A stretch of 38,678 nt of DNA from Candidatus Wolframiiraptor gerlachensis (GTDB lineage Archaea; Thermoproteota; Nitrososphaeria_A; Caldarchaeales; Wolframiiraptoraceae), in assembly GCA_021323375.2 (NCBI GenBank), contig JAJPCT020000006.1:1-38678 (forward strand), given 5' to 3'. Both the position numbers and the translations under genes were made by a program. Below are positions 7,165-16,775 of this stretch, in pieces; position 1 is the stretch's first letter; each line of letters begins with the position of its first letter. The notes beneath the pieces are model-generated. The model was given only the letters and a program-made list of their open reading frames with translations. It did no database searches and was not told the origin of the DNA.

Positions 7165-8694
7165 ATGGAGAAGGTCATCCCGGACACGAGCGTGCTGATA
7201 AATGGGGCGTTATTAAGGCTGATTGAGGCCGGGGAGATAAGGGACTGCGAGCTAATAATCCCTCTCGCCGCCGTGGACGAGCTCCAAGCACAGGCATCAA
7301 AGGGGAGAGATATTGGTCTTAGAGGTCTCGAGGAGATTAAGAGGATAAGGGAGGTCTCGGGCGAGAAGGGTATACGGATCAGATTCTCGGGCGAGAGACC
7401 TAGCCTCGATGATATAAGGCTGGCTAGAAGCGGCAGGATAGATGCCTTAATACGTGATGTCGCGAGGGCTGAGGGTGGTGTGCTCTATACATCTGATTAT
7501 GTTCAGGCTCTCGTGGCCGAGGCCGAGGGAATCCCAGTGAGATATATTGAGCCTTATCAGAGGCCCGAAGAGCCGGCTTACAAGAGGTATCTCAGGCCAG
7601 ATGTCGTGAACCTATACCTGAGGGATGGGGAGAGACCCTATGCCGAGGTGCTTAGGGATGGGAGGCTTGAGGTTGTGATGCTTAATGATGAGTCATGTAG
7701 CGATGAGTTACTAAACGAGGTGCTGGAGGAGGTGATGGCCGTAGCAAGGGTTAAGGAGGACGCCGACATTATTATGCTCAGGCCAGAGACAGTGGTCCTA
7801 GAGATGGACGATTACAGGATAAAGGTTGCTAAGCCCCCTCTCTCGGATAAAATGGAGGCCATGATACAGAGGAGTATTCTCCGGCTGGTCCCGGAGAGCG
7901 ATGTCATCGAGCCGATCATCCGGGAATGCTCCTCGGGCCGCCGCGGCGTGCTCGTGCTCAATCTTGATGGAGTCTATAGTTTCCCGATCGCTGAGCGGGT
8001 TGCTGTAAGGCTTTGGGAGATGGGCTTAGATGCGAGAATCATCGGCCGCGCTAGGAGGGTTAATTCATCAGCCCCATACTATGGCCCGTTAGATGGCGAT
8101 CTCGAGAAAACCCTCCACCTTACACTCCTCAGCCCACCAGACTACGTTATCGTGGATGAGGCTATTGATTCGAGGGATCTCAAGCTCGTGAAGGATGCTA
8201 GGCTCGCCGGCGTCGGGGTGATAGCCTTCAAGCAGTCGAGATCCTTCGAGGCCGCGATCACATCACTTATGGAGGTGATGAGCCCGCCATTACTGCCACG
8301 AGTGATAGATACGATTATTCTCATGAAGTGCTCTGGAGTTTCCGAGACATTCCATGTATCCGACTCGATGAAAGTGCCGAGCGGCCTAAGCCCAGAATCC
8401 GGCATCAAGTACGTGATAGAGCTCACCCGCGCCGGAGAGACTGTCTATGAGATCTATGAGGTGAATGGCCGTCCAATAATCTCAAACATCAAGGAGCTGC
8501 GTGAGCATATTGAAAGAATCAGGAGAAATGTCGAGGAAATCTTAAGGGGGTCTGGGGCTGGGAATGCTAGGCTCGAGGCTCTTTGGCTTGATAAGGCTGT
8601 GATTAGGCGCGTGGGAAGGGGAAGGCGCGGGCTGAGAGATCTCGAGAAGAGGATCGTGGAGGAGCTTGGGATCGCGGTGGAGTTTAGGGCCTGA
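7165..8694 (+). CDS. PIN-domain/VirB11-like ATPase (PINA family), ATPase degenerate
   Basis: VIPDTSVLI and SGRIDALIR typical of the PINA N-terminus; Walker B-like YVIVDE; Walker A missing. Confidence 0.75.
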   Translation: MEKVIPDTSVLINGALLRLIEAGEIRDCELIIPLAAVDELQAQASKGRDIGLRGLEEIKRIREVSGEKGIRIRFSGERPSLDDIRLARSGRIDALIRDVARAEGGVLYTSDYVQALVAEAEGIPVRYIEPYQRPEEPAYKRYLRPDVVNLYLRDGERPYAEVLRDGRLEVVMLNDESCSDELLNEVLEEVMAVARVKEDADIIMLRPETVVLEMDDYRIKVAKPPLSDKMEAMIQRSILRLVPESDVIEPIIRECSSGRRGVLVLNLDGVYSFPIAERVAVRLWEMGLDARIIGRARRVNSSAPYYGPLDGDLEKTLHLTLLSPPDYVIVDEAIDSRDLKLVKDARLAGVGVIAFKQSRSFEAAITSLMEVMSPPLLPRVIDTIILMKCSGVSETFHVSDSMKVPSGLSPESGIKYVIELTRAGETVYEIYEVNGRPIISNIKELREHIERIRRNVEEILRGSGAGNARLEALWLDKAVIRRVGRGRRGLRDLEKRIVEELGIAVEFRA

Positions 8695-8743
8695 CTCTGG
8701 AGGCGATAAGCTTTTTACTTGGAGGAGTCTTCCCGCCAGCCGG

Positions 8744-9151
8744 ATGAGCTCTAGAAGGCGGAGCTTCTCAGAGAAGCTGGTCTCGCAGCTGAGATCGGAA
8801 ACCGCTAGCACTATCACCATTGCCATACTCATCGTGCTAACCATGGCATTCCTCAGCGGCGCGATCTACTCCATGGCGACAGATCGGCCGATCTCGATAG
8901 TATTTCTCCAAGATGGTAGCATGCGGGTCTTCCTCTGGGATATGAGATGGCAGACCCACGCCGAGACCATAGTCGTCTTCATCTACTATGCACTCGGGGC
9001 CGGAGGCCTCCTCCTCTACGCACGAGCCGTCTCAAGGCCATCAGACCCTAGAACCACGAAATACATGCTCTTCTTCAGCTTCCTCTTAGTGTTCCTCTCA
9101 TTCCTCGGGATATATAGCGGATATCTGGAGAAGTTTATGAGCCCATACTAG
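8744..9151 (+). CDS. Three-TM membrane protein resembling OST3/OST6/DC2 oligosaccharyltransferase subunits
   Basis: FLSGAIYS...P, then QTHAET before TM2, as in the OST3/6/DC2 Q-x-x-x-E motif. Start 8744 preferred over 8666. Confidence 0.5.
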   Translation: MSSRRRSFSEKLVSQLRSETASTITIAILIVLTMAFLSGAIYSMATDRPISIVFLQDGSMRVFLWDMRWQTHAETIVVFIYYALGAGGLLLYARAVSRPSDPRTTKYMLFFSFLLVFLSFLGIYSGYLEKFMSPY

Positions 9152-9816
9152 GGTGGTTGAGCCTGCATTAAGCCGGATCCCGTGATCTTGTAAGCCGTGG
9201 CCTCAATCCTCTCAGGTTTTTCGATCACCACCCTGCCCACCCTAGTCTTTGGATCAAGCCCGAGCCTGAGAACAGTGTCCGACCAGTAGCCGAGAATCCT
9301 ATGAGCAACGGCCCTCGACTCGCCCCGATCCGGTATATCATGTACATGGCCCACAATCACTACAGCTAGATCATTTCTCAGCGCGGCCTCCTTTAGTGCC
9401 GCCACCTGAAATGCCAGCTTCCTATAAACCGGCATATCAAGCCTGATATCCCCAGAGAGCTCAAGCCTATGAAGAGCCGTGAAATCATCGAAGACTAGCA
9501 GCCTAGCTGGAGGCATCAAGTCATGCAGGCTCAAAATAACCTTCTCCTGATCCTGAAAGCTCTCAATAGATAGTATGTATAGCTTATCCTCATCACCCCC
9601 GATAGCCCTCATTATCTGGGAGATCCTTGCCGAGTGGAGCCTGCCGGAGCAGTCGATGTAGGCTGCTGGAATCTGTCTTGTCGCGAAGGCGCACATCATG
9701 AGGACGAGGCTCGTCTTCCCAGACTTCTCCTCGCCATAAACTAGGGTCAGGGTTCTCGATGCAACCCCCCCTCCCAGCCTCTCATCAAGCCCCGGTAGCC
9801 CCGTGAGAAACCTCAT
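9148..9816 (-). CDS. RadB-like RecA-superfamily ATPase
   Basis: TGLPGLDERLGGG, Walker A GEEKSGKT, YWSDTVLRL. Confidence 0.75.
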   Translation of the reverse strand: MRFLTGLPGLDERLGGGVASRTLTLVYGEEKSGKTSLVLMMCAFATRQIPAAYIDCSGRLHSARISQIMRAIGGDEDKLYILSIESFQDQEKVILSLHDLMPPARLLVFDDFTALHRLELSGDIRLDMPVYRKLAFQVAALKEAALRNDLAVVIVGHVHDIPDRGESRAVAHRILGYWSDTVLRLGLDPKTRVGRVVIEKPERIEATAYKITGSGLMQAQPP

Positions 9817-9857
9817 TCAATAGATGATGTGCTGGAAGCTGGATAAAAACTCGTATA

Positions 9858-9927
9858 CCAATAGGCCTATTGGCATCTCGAGGAGCTTGAATACACTTGA
9901 ATACACATGATTAGCATAATTAGCATA
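9858..9927. repeat. 16-bp palindrome and two short tandem duplications
   Basis: CCAATAGGCCTATTGG 9858-9873; (CTTGAATACA)x2 9886-9905; (ATTAGCATA)x2 9910-9927. Confidence 0.8.
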
Positions 9928-10021
9928 AGCGGCCTGGAAAGGGGGGCTTTTCTGGGGCTTGGAAGATAAATGACCTATACGTCCTAGCAAAATATTAATG
10001 GCCCTTTTTAGCTCTTTTAGT

Positions 10022-10639
10022 ATGAGATTATTCGAGGTCGGCGGGGTGAAGTATCTCCACCTTTCTTGGAAAGATATTGAGGATCTTGCCGAGAAGCTCG
10101 CTGACATTATCTCGGCTAGCTATAAGCCCGATATTATGGTCGGAATCCTGAGGGGGGGCGCCACCGTGGCCCACCTGCTCTCCGACTTCCTAGACATTAG
10201 GACCATTTACCCCATCGGCTGTAATAGCTACGTGGATGTGGCCAAGAGGTTTAGCGTTAAGGTATATAGCCCACTAGCCATAAGCGACCTCTCCGGAAAA
10301 AGGGTTCTTCTCGTCGATGATGTGGCTGATGAAGGGCTGACGCTCGAGGCCGTGGTCAAGCAGGAGATAGCTCCGAGGAACCCGCTCGAGGTTAAGGTTG
10401 CGACACTTCACATGAAGCCTTGGTGCAAGTTCAAGCCGGACTACTATGTCCAAGTAACCGATGCCTGGATAATCTATCCCTGGGAAAAGAGGGAGGTAGC
10501 CCGCCAAGTTGCTGAGAGCTTCATAAAGCATCTCGGGGTGGAGGAGGGTCTCAAGATGATCGCGGAGATCCTTGAGGCGGATGTCGAGAAGGCTAAGAAG
10601 CTCCTCAAATCTGTCAAGAGCATCCCGCTGACCGGGTAG
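10022..10639 (+). CDS. Type I (purine) phosphoribosyltransferase
   Basis: GILRGG, VLLVDDVADEGLT, WIIYPWE. Track start 9998. Confidence 0.9.
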   Translation: MRLFEVGGVKYLHLSWKDIEDLAEKLADIISASYKPDIMVGILRGGATVAHLLSDFLDIRTIYPIGCNSYVDVAKRFSVKVYSPLAISDLSGKRVLLVDDVADEGLTLEAVVKQEIAPRNPLEVKVATLHMKPWCKFKPDYYVQVTDAWIIYPWEKREVARQVAESFIKHLGVEEGLKMIAEILEADVEKAKKLLKSVKSIPLTG

Positions 10640-10680
10640 CCTCATCTTTTAATTCTGCCAGCCCTGATGGTCTTTTCTGG

Positions 10681-11997
10681 ATGAAAGTTTACTGCGAGGC
10701 TTATGGCTGCGCGGCGAATATGGCTGACGCTGAGATAGCGCTCGGTATCCTGAAGAGCCGGGGGCATGAGATCGTCTCGAGGCCGGAGAATTCCGATGTA
10801 ATAGTGATCTTCACATGCGTGGTCAAGAGGCCCACGAGTGATAGAATGTTTTACAGAATTAGCAGGCTTAGGGGGCTTGGTAGGAGGCTTGTGGTCGCTG
10901 GATGCATGCCGGCTGGTGAGCCTGGGAGGGTTAGGCTCGCGGCGCCGGATGCCGTGATGATCGGCCCGAGAGCTGTTACGAGGATATGGGAGGCTGTTGA
11001 GCGGGGCGTCAGCATCTTGGAGGAGGTTGATGATGTTAAGCTGGGCTGCCCGAGGGTTAGGAGGAACCCGCTCGTCGCGATAGTCCCGGTCTCAGAGGGC
11101 TGTGCCTGGAGGCTCTGCAGCTTCTGTATAGTCGTGAGAACCCGCGGCTCGTTCAAGAGCTATCCGCTGGAGCTTGTGGCTGGGGAGGTTAAGAGGTTTG
11201 TTGAGGAGGGTGCGATAGAGATCTGGCTAACGAGCCAGGACATGGGGGGCTATGGTATTGAGTCTGGAAGGAGCATGCTCCCCGAGCTCCTCGAAAAGGT
11301 CTCGAGCATCGAGGGCCGATTCTTCATCCGGGTCGGCATGATGAACCCGCTCTACGTGTACCCAGTTAGGGGAAGGCTTGCCGAAGCATATCTCAGCCCG
11401 AAGATTTTCAAGTTCCTCCATCTCCCGGTTCAATCTGGATCGAATAAGGTTCTTAGGGATATGAGGAGGGGCTACACGGTCGAGGTCTTCAAGAGGATAG
11501 TTGAGGAGTTTAGAAGTAAGATGCCAGAGCTGACACTCTCGACTGACATCATCGTCGGATATCCGACGGAGGATGATGGCGACTTCGAGGAGACGATTAA
11601 GCTGGTTGAGGAGGTGAGACCCGACATGATAAATATCTCGAGATTTTTCGCTAGGCCGGGGACACCATCGGAGAGGCTCAGGCCGCTAGACCCGAGGCTT
11701 GTTAATGGGAGGAGCAGGATCCTGAGCGACATCGCGAGGAGAATTGCCCTCGAGAATGGTGAGAGGTGGATAGGTTGGAGCGGCTATGCGCTGGTTGATG
11801 AGATTGGTGAGAGGGGCGAGCCGATAGCAAGAAACATCTACTATAGGCCGATAGTCATAGAGGATGCGCGAGGCGATGAGATCTTTGGGAAAATCGTCGA
11901 AGTTGAGGTTGAGGATGCTAGGCCCTACTGCCTAATGGCTAGGCTCAAGAGGATTGCGAGCATTGAGGAAGCCTGGGAAACAATAATAGCATCCTAG
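10681..11997 (+). CDS. tRNA t6A37 methylthiotransferase (archaeal MtaB/CDKAL1-type radical SAM)
   Basis: UPF0004 domain (YGCAAN, TCVVK, AGCMP), radical SAM Cys cluster, HLPVQSGS, TDIIVGYP, TRAM-like C-terminus. Confidence 0.85.
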   Translation: MKVYCEAYGCAANMADAEIALGILKSRGHEIVSRPENSDVIVIFTCVVKRPTSDRMFYRISRLRGLGRRLVVAGCMPAGEPGRVRLAAPDAVMIGPRAVTRIWEAVERGVSILEEVDDVKLGCPRVRRNPLVAIVPVSEGCAWRLCSFCIVVRTRGSFKSYPLELVAGEVKRFVEEGAIEIWLTSQDMGGYGIESGRSMLPELLEKVSSIEGRFFIRVGMMNPLYVYPVRGRLAEAYLSPKIFKFLHLPVQSGSNKVLRDMRRGYTVEVFKRIVEEFRSKMPELTLSTDIIVGYPTEDDGDFEETIKLVEEVRPDMINISRFFARPGTPSERLRPLDPRLVNGRSRILSDIARRIALENGERWIGWSGYALVDEIGERGEPIARNIYYRPIVIEDARGDEIFGKIVEVEVEDARPYCLMARLKRIASIEEAWETIIAS

Positions 11998-12019
11998 ATG
12001 AGGTTGATTATGATGGAGC

Positions 12020-13162
12020 ATGCTCGAAGCGCTTAACCCCGAATACAACTCCATCGTAATACATTATGGTGAGATTACGCTGAAGAGGAACAGGCGTGGG
12101 AGGTTTGAACATATACTCCGCAAGAACCTTGAGGAGCATGTTGGCATGAGTGTTAGGAGGCTTCAGGGGAGATTTGTTATAGATCTCGGGCCTGGGATGG
12201 ATGCCGCCGAGCTGCTGGAGAAGATCGGCAAGGTTTTCGGCGTCGTTTGGTATGCTCCAGCGATAAGAGCCTCATCGCTCGAGGAACTTCAGAATGTTTT
12301 ACTTAGAATCCTTCCCCGGGTTGGCGCAAGGAGCATGAAGATTATGGTGAAGAGGAGTGATAAGAGGTTCCCAAGGACGTCAATCGAAGTTGCGAGGGAG
12401 CTTGGGAGGGAACTTTCAGTGAGGCTGGGGCTTAGGGTTGATTTGAAGAACCCCGACCAGGTGATCATGGTCGAAATAACCGAAGATGGCATTTATGCCT
12501 CTTTGATGAAGCTTAGGGGGCCTGGGGGGCTGCCGCTTGGGGCCTCGGGGAGGGTTCTCGGCCTATACTCGGGTGGGGCTGGCTCCGCTCTAGCATGCTG
12601 GTTCATGATGAAGAGAGGATGTAAGGTGGACCTGCTCCATGTTCACAAGGAGGATTCGGGCGAGAAACTGCTCAGGTCGGAGATCATGTATAATGTTGAG
12701 AGGCTCCTCGAGTATGCTCTCAGGATAAGGGTTTACATGGCGTCTTCGAGACCCCTTCTAGACATACTCGAGGATCATCGAAGCGATGATGGATCCACTA
12801 TTAGAGCCGCGTTCATTCTCAAGCTTGGCGAGGAGGTTGCTAGGCTGAGGGGTTACCTAGGCCTAGTTCTCGGATCACGCCTCGAGGAGCCAAGCGGGCT
12901 CGAGGGTCTCTTAGAGATTCTTTCCATGAGAAGCCTCCCGGTTCACATGCCGCTCATAGCATTCACTGGCGAGGAGATTGCTAGGAGATGTGGAATGCTT
13001 GGATTCCGCGTAACAGAGGATTCATGGAGACGTGAGAAGTATTTGGCGATCCCGGATCCAGCCGAGCTTTGGAGGAGGCTTGAGGAGCCCGTGAGGCGCG
13101 CGATCCAGGGTCTCGAGATATATGATCTTAGGCTTGGGGCCGAGCCGAGGCGGGTTAGCTAG
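12020..13162 (+). CDS. ThiI-like THUMP-domain protein, catalytic domain degenerate
   Basis: IHYGEITLK, KRSDKRFP, VDLKNPD, GPGGLPLG; PP-loop reads SGGAGS. Confidence 0.75.
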   Translation: MLEALNPEYNSIVIHYGEITLKRNRRGRFEHILRKNLEEHVGMSVRRLQGRFVIDLGPGMDAAELLEKIGKVFGVVWYAPAIRASSLEELQNVLLRILPRVGARSMKIMVKRSDKRFPRTSIEVARELGRELSVRLGLRVDLKNPDQVIMVEITEDGIYASLMKLRGPGGLPLGASGRVLGLYSGGAGSALACWFMMKRGCKVDLLHVHKEDSGEKLLRSEIMYNVERLLEYALRIRVYMASSRPLLDILEDHRSDDGSTIRAAFILKLGEEVARLRGYLGLVLGSRLEEPSGLEGLLEILSMRSLPVHMPLIAFTGEEIARRCGMLGFRVTEDSWRREKYLAIPDPAELWRRLEEPVRRAIQGLEIYDLRLGAEPRRVS

Positions 13163-14627
13163 CCAGCTTTATCGGCTTCATGGGGCTTGGCAAGATCACC
13201 TCACACCTTATCTCGCCCGCCTCCGCGAGCCTATGAAATTCCTGGGAATTCTCGGTATGCACGGGTATCAGAGCCCTTGGCCTTATCTCGTTTATTATAC
13301 CGATGAGGGATTCGCGATCCGCGTGCCCCGAAGAATGGGCTATCCTCAGATCAAGCCTGAGCAAGTTCACCCATCTCTCGAACTTGACCCATTCTATCTC
13401 CTGCTCCTCATCATGTGGTTCGCTTGTTGAGACCACGAGCCCGGAGCCGGGCTTAGGCCTAACTTGGGCGAGCTCCAAGACCTGATCCAAGCCGCCGAGG
13501 ATCAGTAGATAATTCTCCTGCTTCTCCGAGATCTCCTCGGCCTTCACGAGCACTCCGGGTTTCCTGCCATCAAGCCTATCAGCATACGTCTTCCTGAGCC
13601 ATCCGCGATAATGCTGCGATTCGAGATCATAGCCTCCGCCAGTAAGTGATCTTCGCTCAAAATATATGCCGGCGTCGCTGAGATCAGGGAGAGGTATCCT
13701 CGTGCCAGACTCCGCCAGCCGATCTATGAGATACGCGGCCCTCGGGCATAGCACTGGAATCCTGCCAAGCTCCCTCGATAACTGGATTATGCTCCTAATC
13801 CTATCAACATCAGCAGGCGAGACTATAACGCATACAAGCTTGCCCTCCTTCTCCTCAGCATATCTCCTTATCTCCCAGACAATTTCATCCTCGCGGATCA
13901 TTATGGATGAGTCTATCCTAGTTCCCTCGATTATCAGATAATCCACACCTCTAGCCCGCTCGATGAACCTATCAGTCAGGCTCTTAAGAGCGCCATGCCT
14001 CCTAATATCACCGGTGTAGGCTAGGGAGAGGTCCTCGATTACGAAGCCGAAGGCGGCTGGGATTGAATGGTCTATTGGGCATGGTGTTATGTGAAAGGGC
14101 GCGCCCTGGATCCTAGAATACTCCTCGAAGATCGCTGTGGGCCTAATCCGGGATTCGCGACTCTCTTCACCCCTACTCCTCATCTCGAAGACCTCAGCCT
14201 CGATGCCCGAGGCGGCGGAGGATTCTAGCATGGCCTCCATTATCGTCTTCATGGACCTGCTCATGGCGAGCGTTATATCCTCTGATAGGAAGCCGGAGGC
14301 GCCGTAATGATCCCTGTGAGAATGTGAGAAGATGCATGTCGAGGCCTCAATCTGCTCCCCCTTCTCCAAGATAGCTTTAACCCTTTCATCAACAGCTACT
14401 AGATCTTCACGGTAAATCCCCCTAATCCTAGGAAGCACCCCGGAATAGAGGTAGTAGTAGAGGGTGTTTGCAACCGCTAAAGCCCTATAGCCGATGAGAT
14501 AATCCCTCTTCCTCTTCATGTTGATGCCGAAGTCTAGGAGCACGGCCTCGCTGCCTGATGAGACCGCTATCTTATTCCCGCCAATGCAGTTCACGCCATC
14601 AAGCACTCTAAGCTCGAGCGAGGGCAT
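13155..14627 (-). CDS. RNase J-like metallo-beta-lactamase/beta-CASP hydrolase
   Basis: IGGNK, DFG, HSHRDH, DHSIP, YTGD, HSSGHA, PVHTE. Confidence 0.85.
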   Translation of the reverse strand: MPSLELRVLDGVNCIGGNKIAVSSGSEAVLLDFGINMKRKRDYLIGYRALAVANTLYYYLYSGVLPRIRGIYREDLVAVDERVKAILEKGEQIEASTCIFSHSHRDHYGASGFLSEDITLAMSRSMKTIMEAMLESSAASGIEAEVFEMRSRGEESRESRIRPTAIFEEYSRIQGAPFHITPCPIDHSIPAAFGFVIEDLSLAYTGDIRRHGALKSLTDRFIERARGVDYLIIEGTRIDSSIMIREDEIVWEIRRYAEEKEGKLVCVIVSPADVDRIRSIIQLSRELGRIPVLCPRAAYLIDRLAESGTRIPLPDLSDAGIYFERRSLTGGGYDLESQHYRGWLRKTYADRLDGRKPGVLVKAEEISEKQENYLLILGGLDQVLELAQVRPKPGSGLVVSTSEPHDEEQEIEWVKFERWVNLLRLDLRIAHSSGHADRESLIGIINEIRPRALIPVHTENSQEFHRLAEAGEIRCEVILPSPMKPIKLAS

Positions 14628-14656
14628 CCTCCCCGGATAACTACGCCAGCGCCGGA

Positions 14657-15766
14657 TTATAGCATTATTTCGATAAGCCTATCCTTTTCGAGAAGGAGGC
14701 CTGAAACCCTTCGCTCGAGGCTCTCACTCGGCGTAGCCCTCACGAATATGCTTTTGCGCCTGAGCTCTTCTAGGTTCGAGGCGCCCACATAGCCCATGCC
14801 GCTCTTCAGCCCGCCGATGATCATCCTCAAGATGTCGCGAACGCTCCCCTTGTATGGGACATAGCCCGAGAGGCCCTCGGGGACAAGCTTAGAGTACCTG
14901 TCAAGCTTCTGGATCACCTCGGAGCTCCCCATCCCCCTATACTTCTTCAACCTCATGCCATTTCTCTCGATAATCTCCCCCGGCGCCTCATCGGTCCCCG
15001 CCAGCATCCTCCCGAGCATGATGCAGTCCGCTCCAGCGGCGAGAGCCTTAACCACATCACCTATCCTCCTGATGCCGCCATCGGCTATCACGGGCACGCC
15101 GTAGCCTGACGCCACGTCCGCCACCCACGCGATCGCTTGTAGCTGTGGGACGCCGACCCCGCAAACCTCCCTCGTGAAGCACATGGAGCCGGCGCCAAGC
15201 CCAACCCTGAGACCATCAGCCCCAGCCGCGATAAGATCCTCCGCGCCCTCCGGGGTCACAACATTCCCAGCCACAATATCTATGCTTGCAATCTCCTTAT
15301 ATCTCCGAATGCTCCTGATGATGTTCTCGCTATGGCCATGGGCCGCGTCGACGACCACGAGATCCGCGCCCGCATCAACCACCCTACTAAAACGCTCTTC
15401 ATCCAGTATCCCGACCGCTGCTCCGACTAGAAGCCCCCTCTCCTTCACCCTCCTAACCTCCTCGGCTTCCCTGTCAGCCGGCATATTCCTATGGATTATC
15501 CCGATGCCGCCCTCCTCAGCCAACGCTATCGCCATCTCAGACTCTGTGACCGTATCCATGGGCGAGCTGACAATCGGTATCCTCAGGGCTACATTCCTCG
15601 AGACTCTCGTTGAGACATTAATATCCTCCCGGGGGATGATGGCTGAGAATCTGGGGACGAGGAGGACGTCATCGAAGCTAAGGGCGGCAGCCGCCCTCTC
15701 AAGTTTCCGTGAATAGAACCCCATACTGGAGGACTGGTAGAGCCAGCTTTTATCCATTAAGACCAT
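14657..15766 (-). CDS. guaB: IMP dehydrogenase lacking the CBS subdomain
   Basis: [29 protein letters not shown] catalytic Cys, ADGG, YRGMGS, flap RY dyad, PEG. Confidence 0.8.
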   Translation of the reverse strand: MVLMDKSWLYQSSSMGFYSRKLERAAAALSFDDVLLVPRFSAIIPREDINVSTRVSRNVALRIPIVSSPMDTVTESEMAIALAEEGGIGIIHRNMPADREAEEVRRVKERGLLVGAAVGILDEERFSRVVDAGADLVVVDAAHGHSENIIRSIRRYKEIASIDIVAGNVVTPEGAEDLIAAGADGLRVGLGAGSMCFTREVCGVGVPQLQAIAWVADVASGYGVPVIADGGIRRIGDVVKALAAGADCIMLGRMLAGTDEAPGEIIERNGMRLKKYRGMGSSEVIQKLDRYSKLVPEGLSGYVPYKGSVRDILRMIIGGLKSGMGYVGASNLEELRRKSIFVRATPSESLERRVSGLLLEKDRLIEIML

Positions 15767-15833
15767 TCAGCTCGGGTATCATTCATCATCCAAGAGTCAG
15801 AAATACTAAGTCAGTCATACCCGCCTTCATCAC
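15767..15833 (-). ncRNA. Box C/D sRNA (double guide) abutting the guaB ORF start
   Basis: Minus strand: GTGATGA-AGGCGGGTATGA-CTGA-21 nt-ATGATGA-ATGATACCCGAG-CTGA, then ATG. Both spacers are 12 nt. Confidence 0.75.
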
Positions 15834-15920
15834 GTTAAGAATATGTCTTAGCGGGGGTATTTCTATTTTCGGTGAGAAGGATTATCTTTTTTACCTCGGG
15901 AGTATCCTAAATGTTTTGCC

Positions 15921-16205
15921 ATGGAAGCCGATGTGGTGGATAGGGCCGTCGAAGAATATAATAGGTTTAGGAGCCCAGAGGCTTTTGCCAGAATCATTGA
16001 GCGCAGAGGGGATGGCTTTGTCGTCGAGTTCTCCGGGAGCTTCTGCGCAACCTGCGGGGTCTATGACTGGCTTGAGGACTTGAGATATGAGATCCGGAGG
16101 CTCGACCTGGAGCTTGATGCTGTGATAGAGGATTGGAAACAGATCTCGGACGACACGATAATAGTCGAGTTCAAGCTTATCAGGAGACGGCGGGATGGGC
16201 CCTAA
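15921..16205 (+). CDS. Small CxxC protein, NifU-C/Nfu-like pattern
   Basis: VVEFSGSFCATCGVYDW. Confidence 0.6.
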   Translation: MEADVVDRAVEEYNRFRSPEAFARIIERRGDGFVVEFSGSFCATCGVYDWLEDLRYEIRRLDLELDAVIEDWKQISDDTIIVEFKLIRRRRDGP

Positions 16206-16744
16206 TACCTAGCGGCGATACTGAGGTATCTTGGCGGCAACTCTCCGGAGAGATAGATCTCCTCACAGGCCTTATAGAATTTCAGGCCATCCATTCGAGC
16301 TCTAGCAGCATCCACCCTTAATATCACGGGCCTAATTGTCCTCCTCAACGCGACCCTGCGGGCCAGCTCTATGGTCGGCGAGAGGTGGACCCAGTTTCTC
16401 CTCATCGGCTTCAAACCCTCCCTGAGGATCTTAGAAGCGGCTTCACACGTCGTCCCATGATATAATACGCTGACCTCGAGATCCTCCTCAAAGCTTATTC
16501 TCACTGGTATGCTGTGGCCGTAGAGCGCCCTGATTCTCCCATCTCTCATCTCAAACCTCCTCCTATCTCCCCCCTCAACTATCTCCATTATGAGGCGTAT
16601 ATCCACTCCAGGATACATTCTCCTCATCTTTGCGAGGAGCTCTCCGAGATTCACGAAGCCCTCAGCATCCATCTTGAGGCCCTCGGGATTATGCCTCAGA
16701 AGATAGCTCATGTACTTGCTGATCCTGACCTTGAGGTCTTCCAT
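16202..16744 (-). CDS. kptA: RNA 2'-phosphotransferase (Tpt1/KptA)
   Basis: SKYMSYLLRH, RRFE, IRALYGHS, LYHGT, GLKPMRRNWVHLS. Start 16744 avoids overlap with iscU. Confidence 0.9.
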   Translation of the reverse strand: MEDLKVRISKYMSYLLRHNPEGLKMDAEGFVNLGELLAKMRRMYPGVDIRLIMEIVEGGDRRRFEMRDGRIRALYGHSIPVRISFEEDLEVSVLYHGTTCEAASKILREGLKPMRRNWVHLSPTIELARRVALRRTIRPVILRVDAARARMDGLKFYKACEEIYLSGELPPRYLSIAARY

Positions 16745-16775
16745 CCCCTTGCTAGATTGCACGCTTGTGGGGCGG

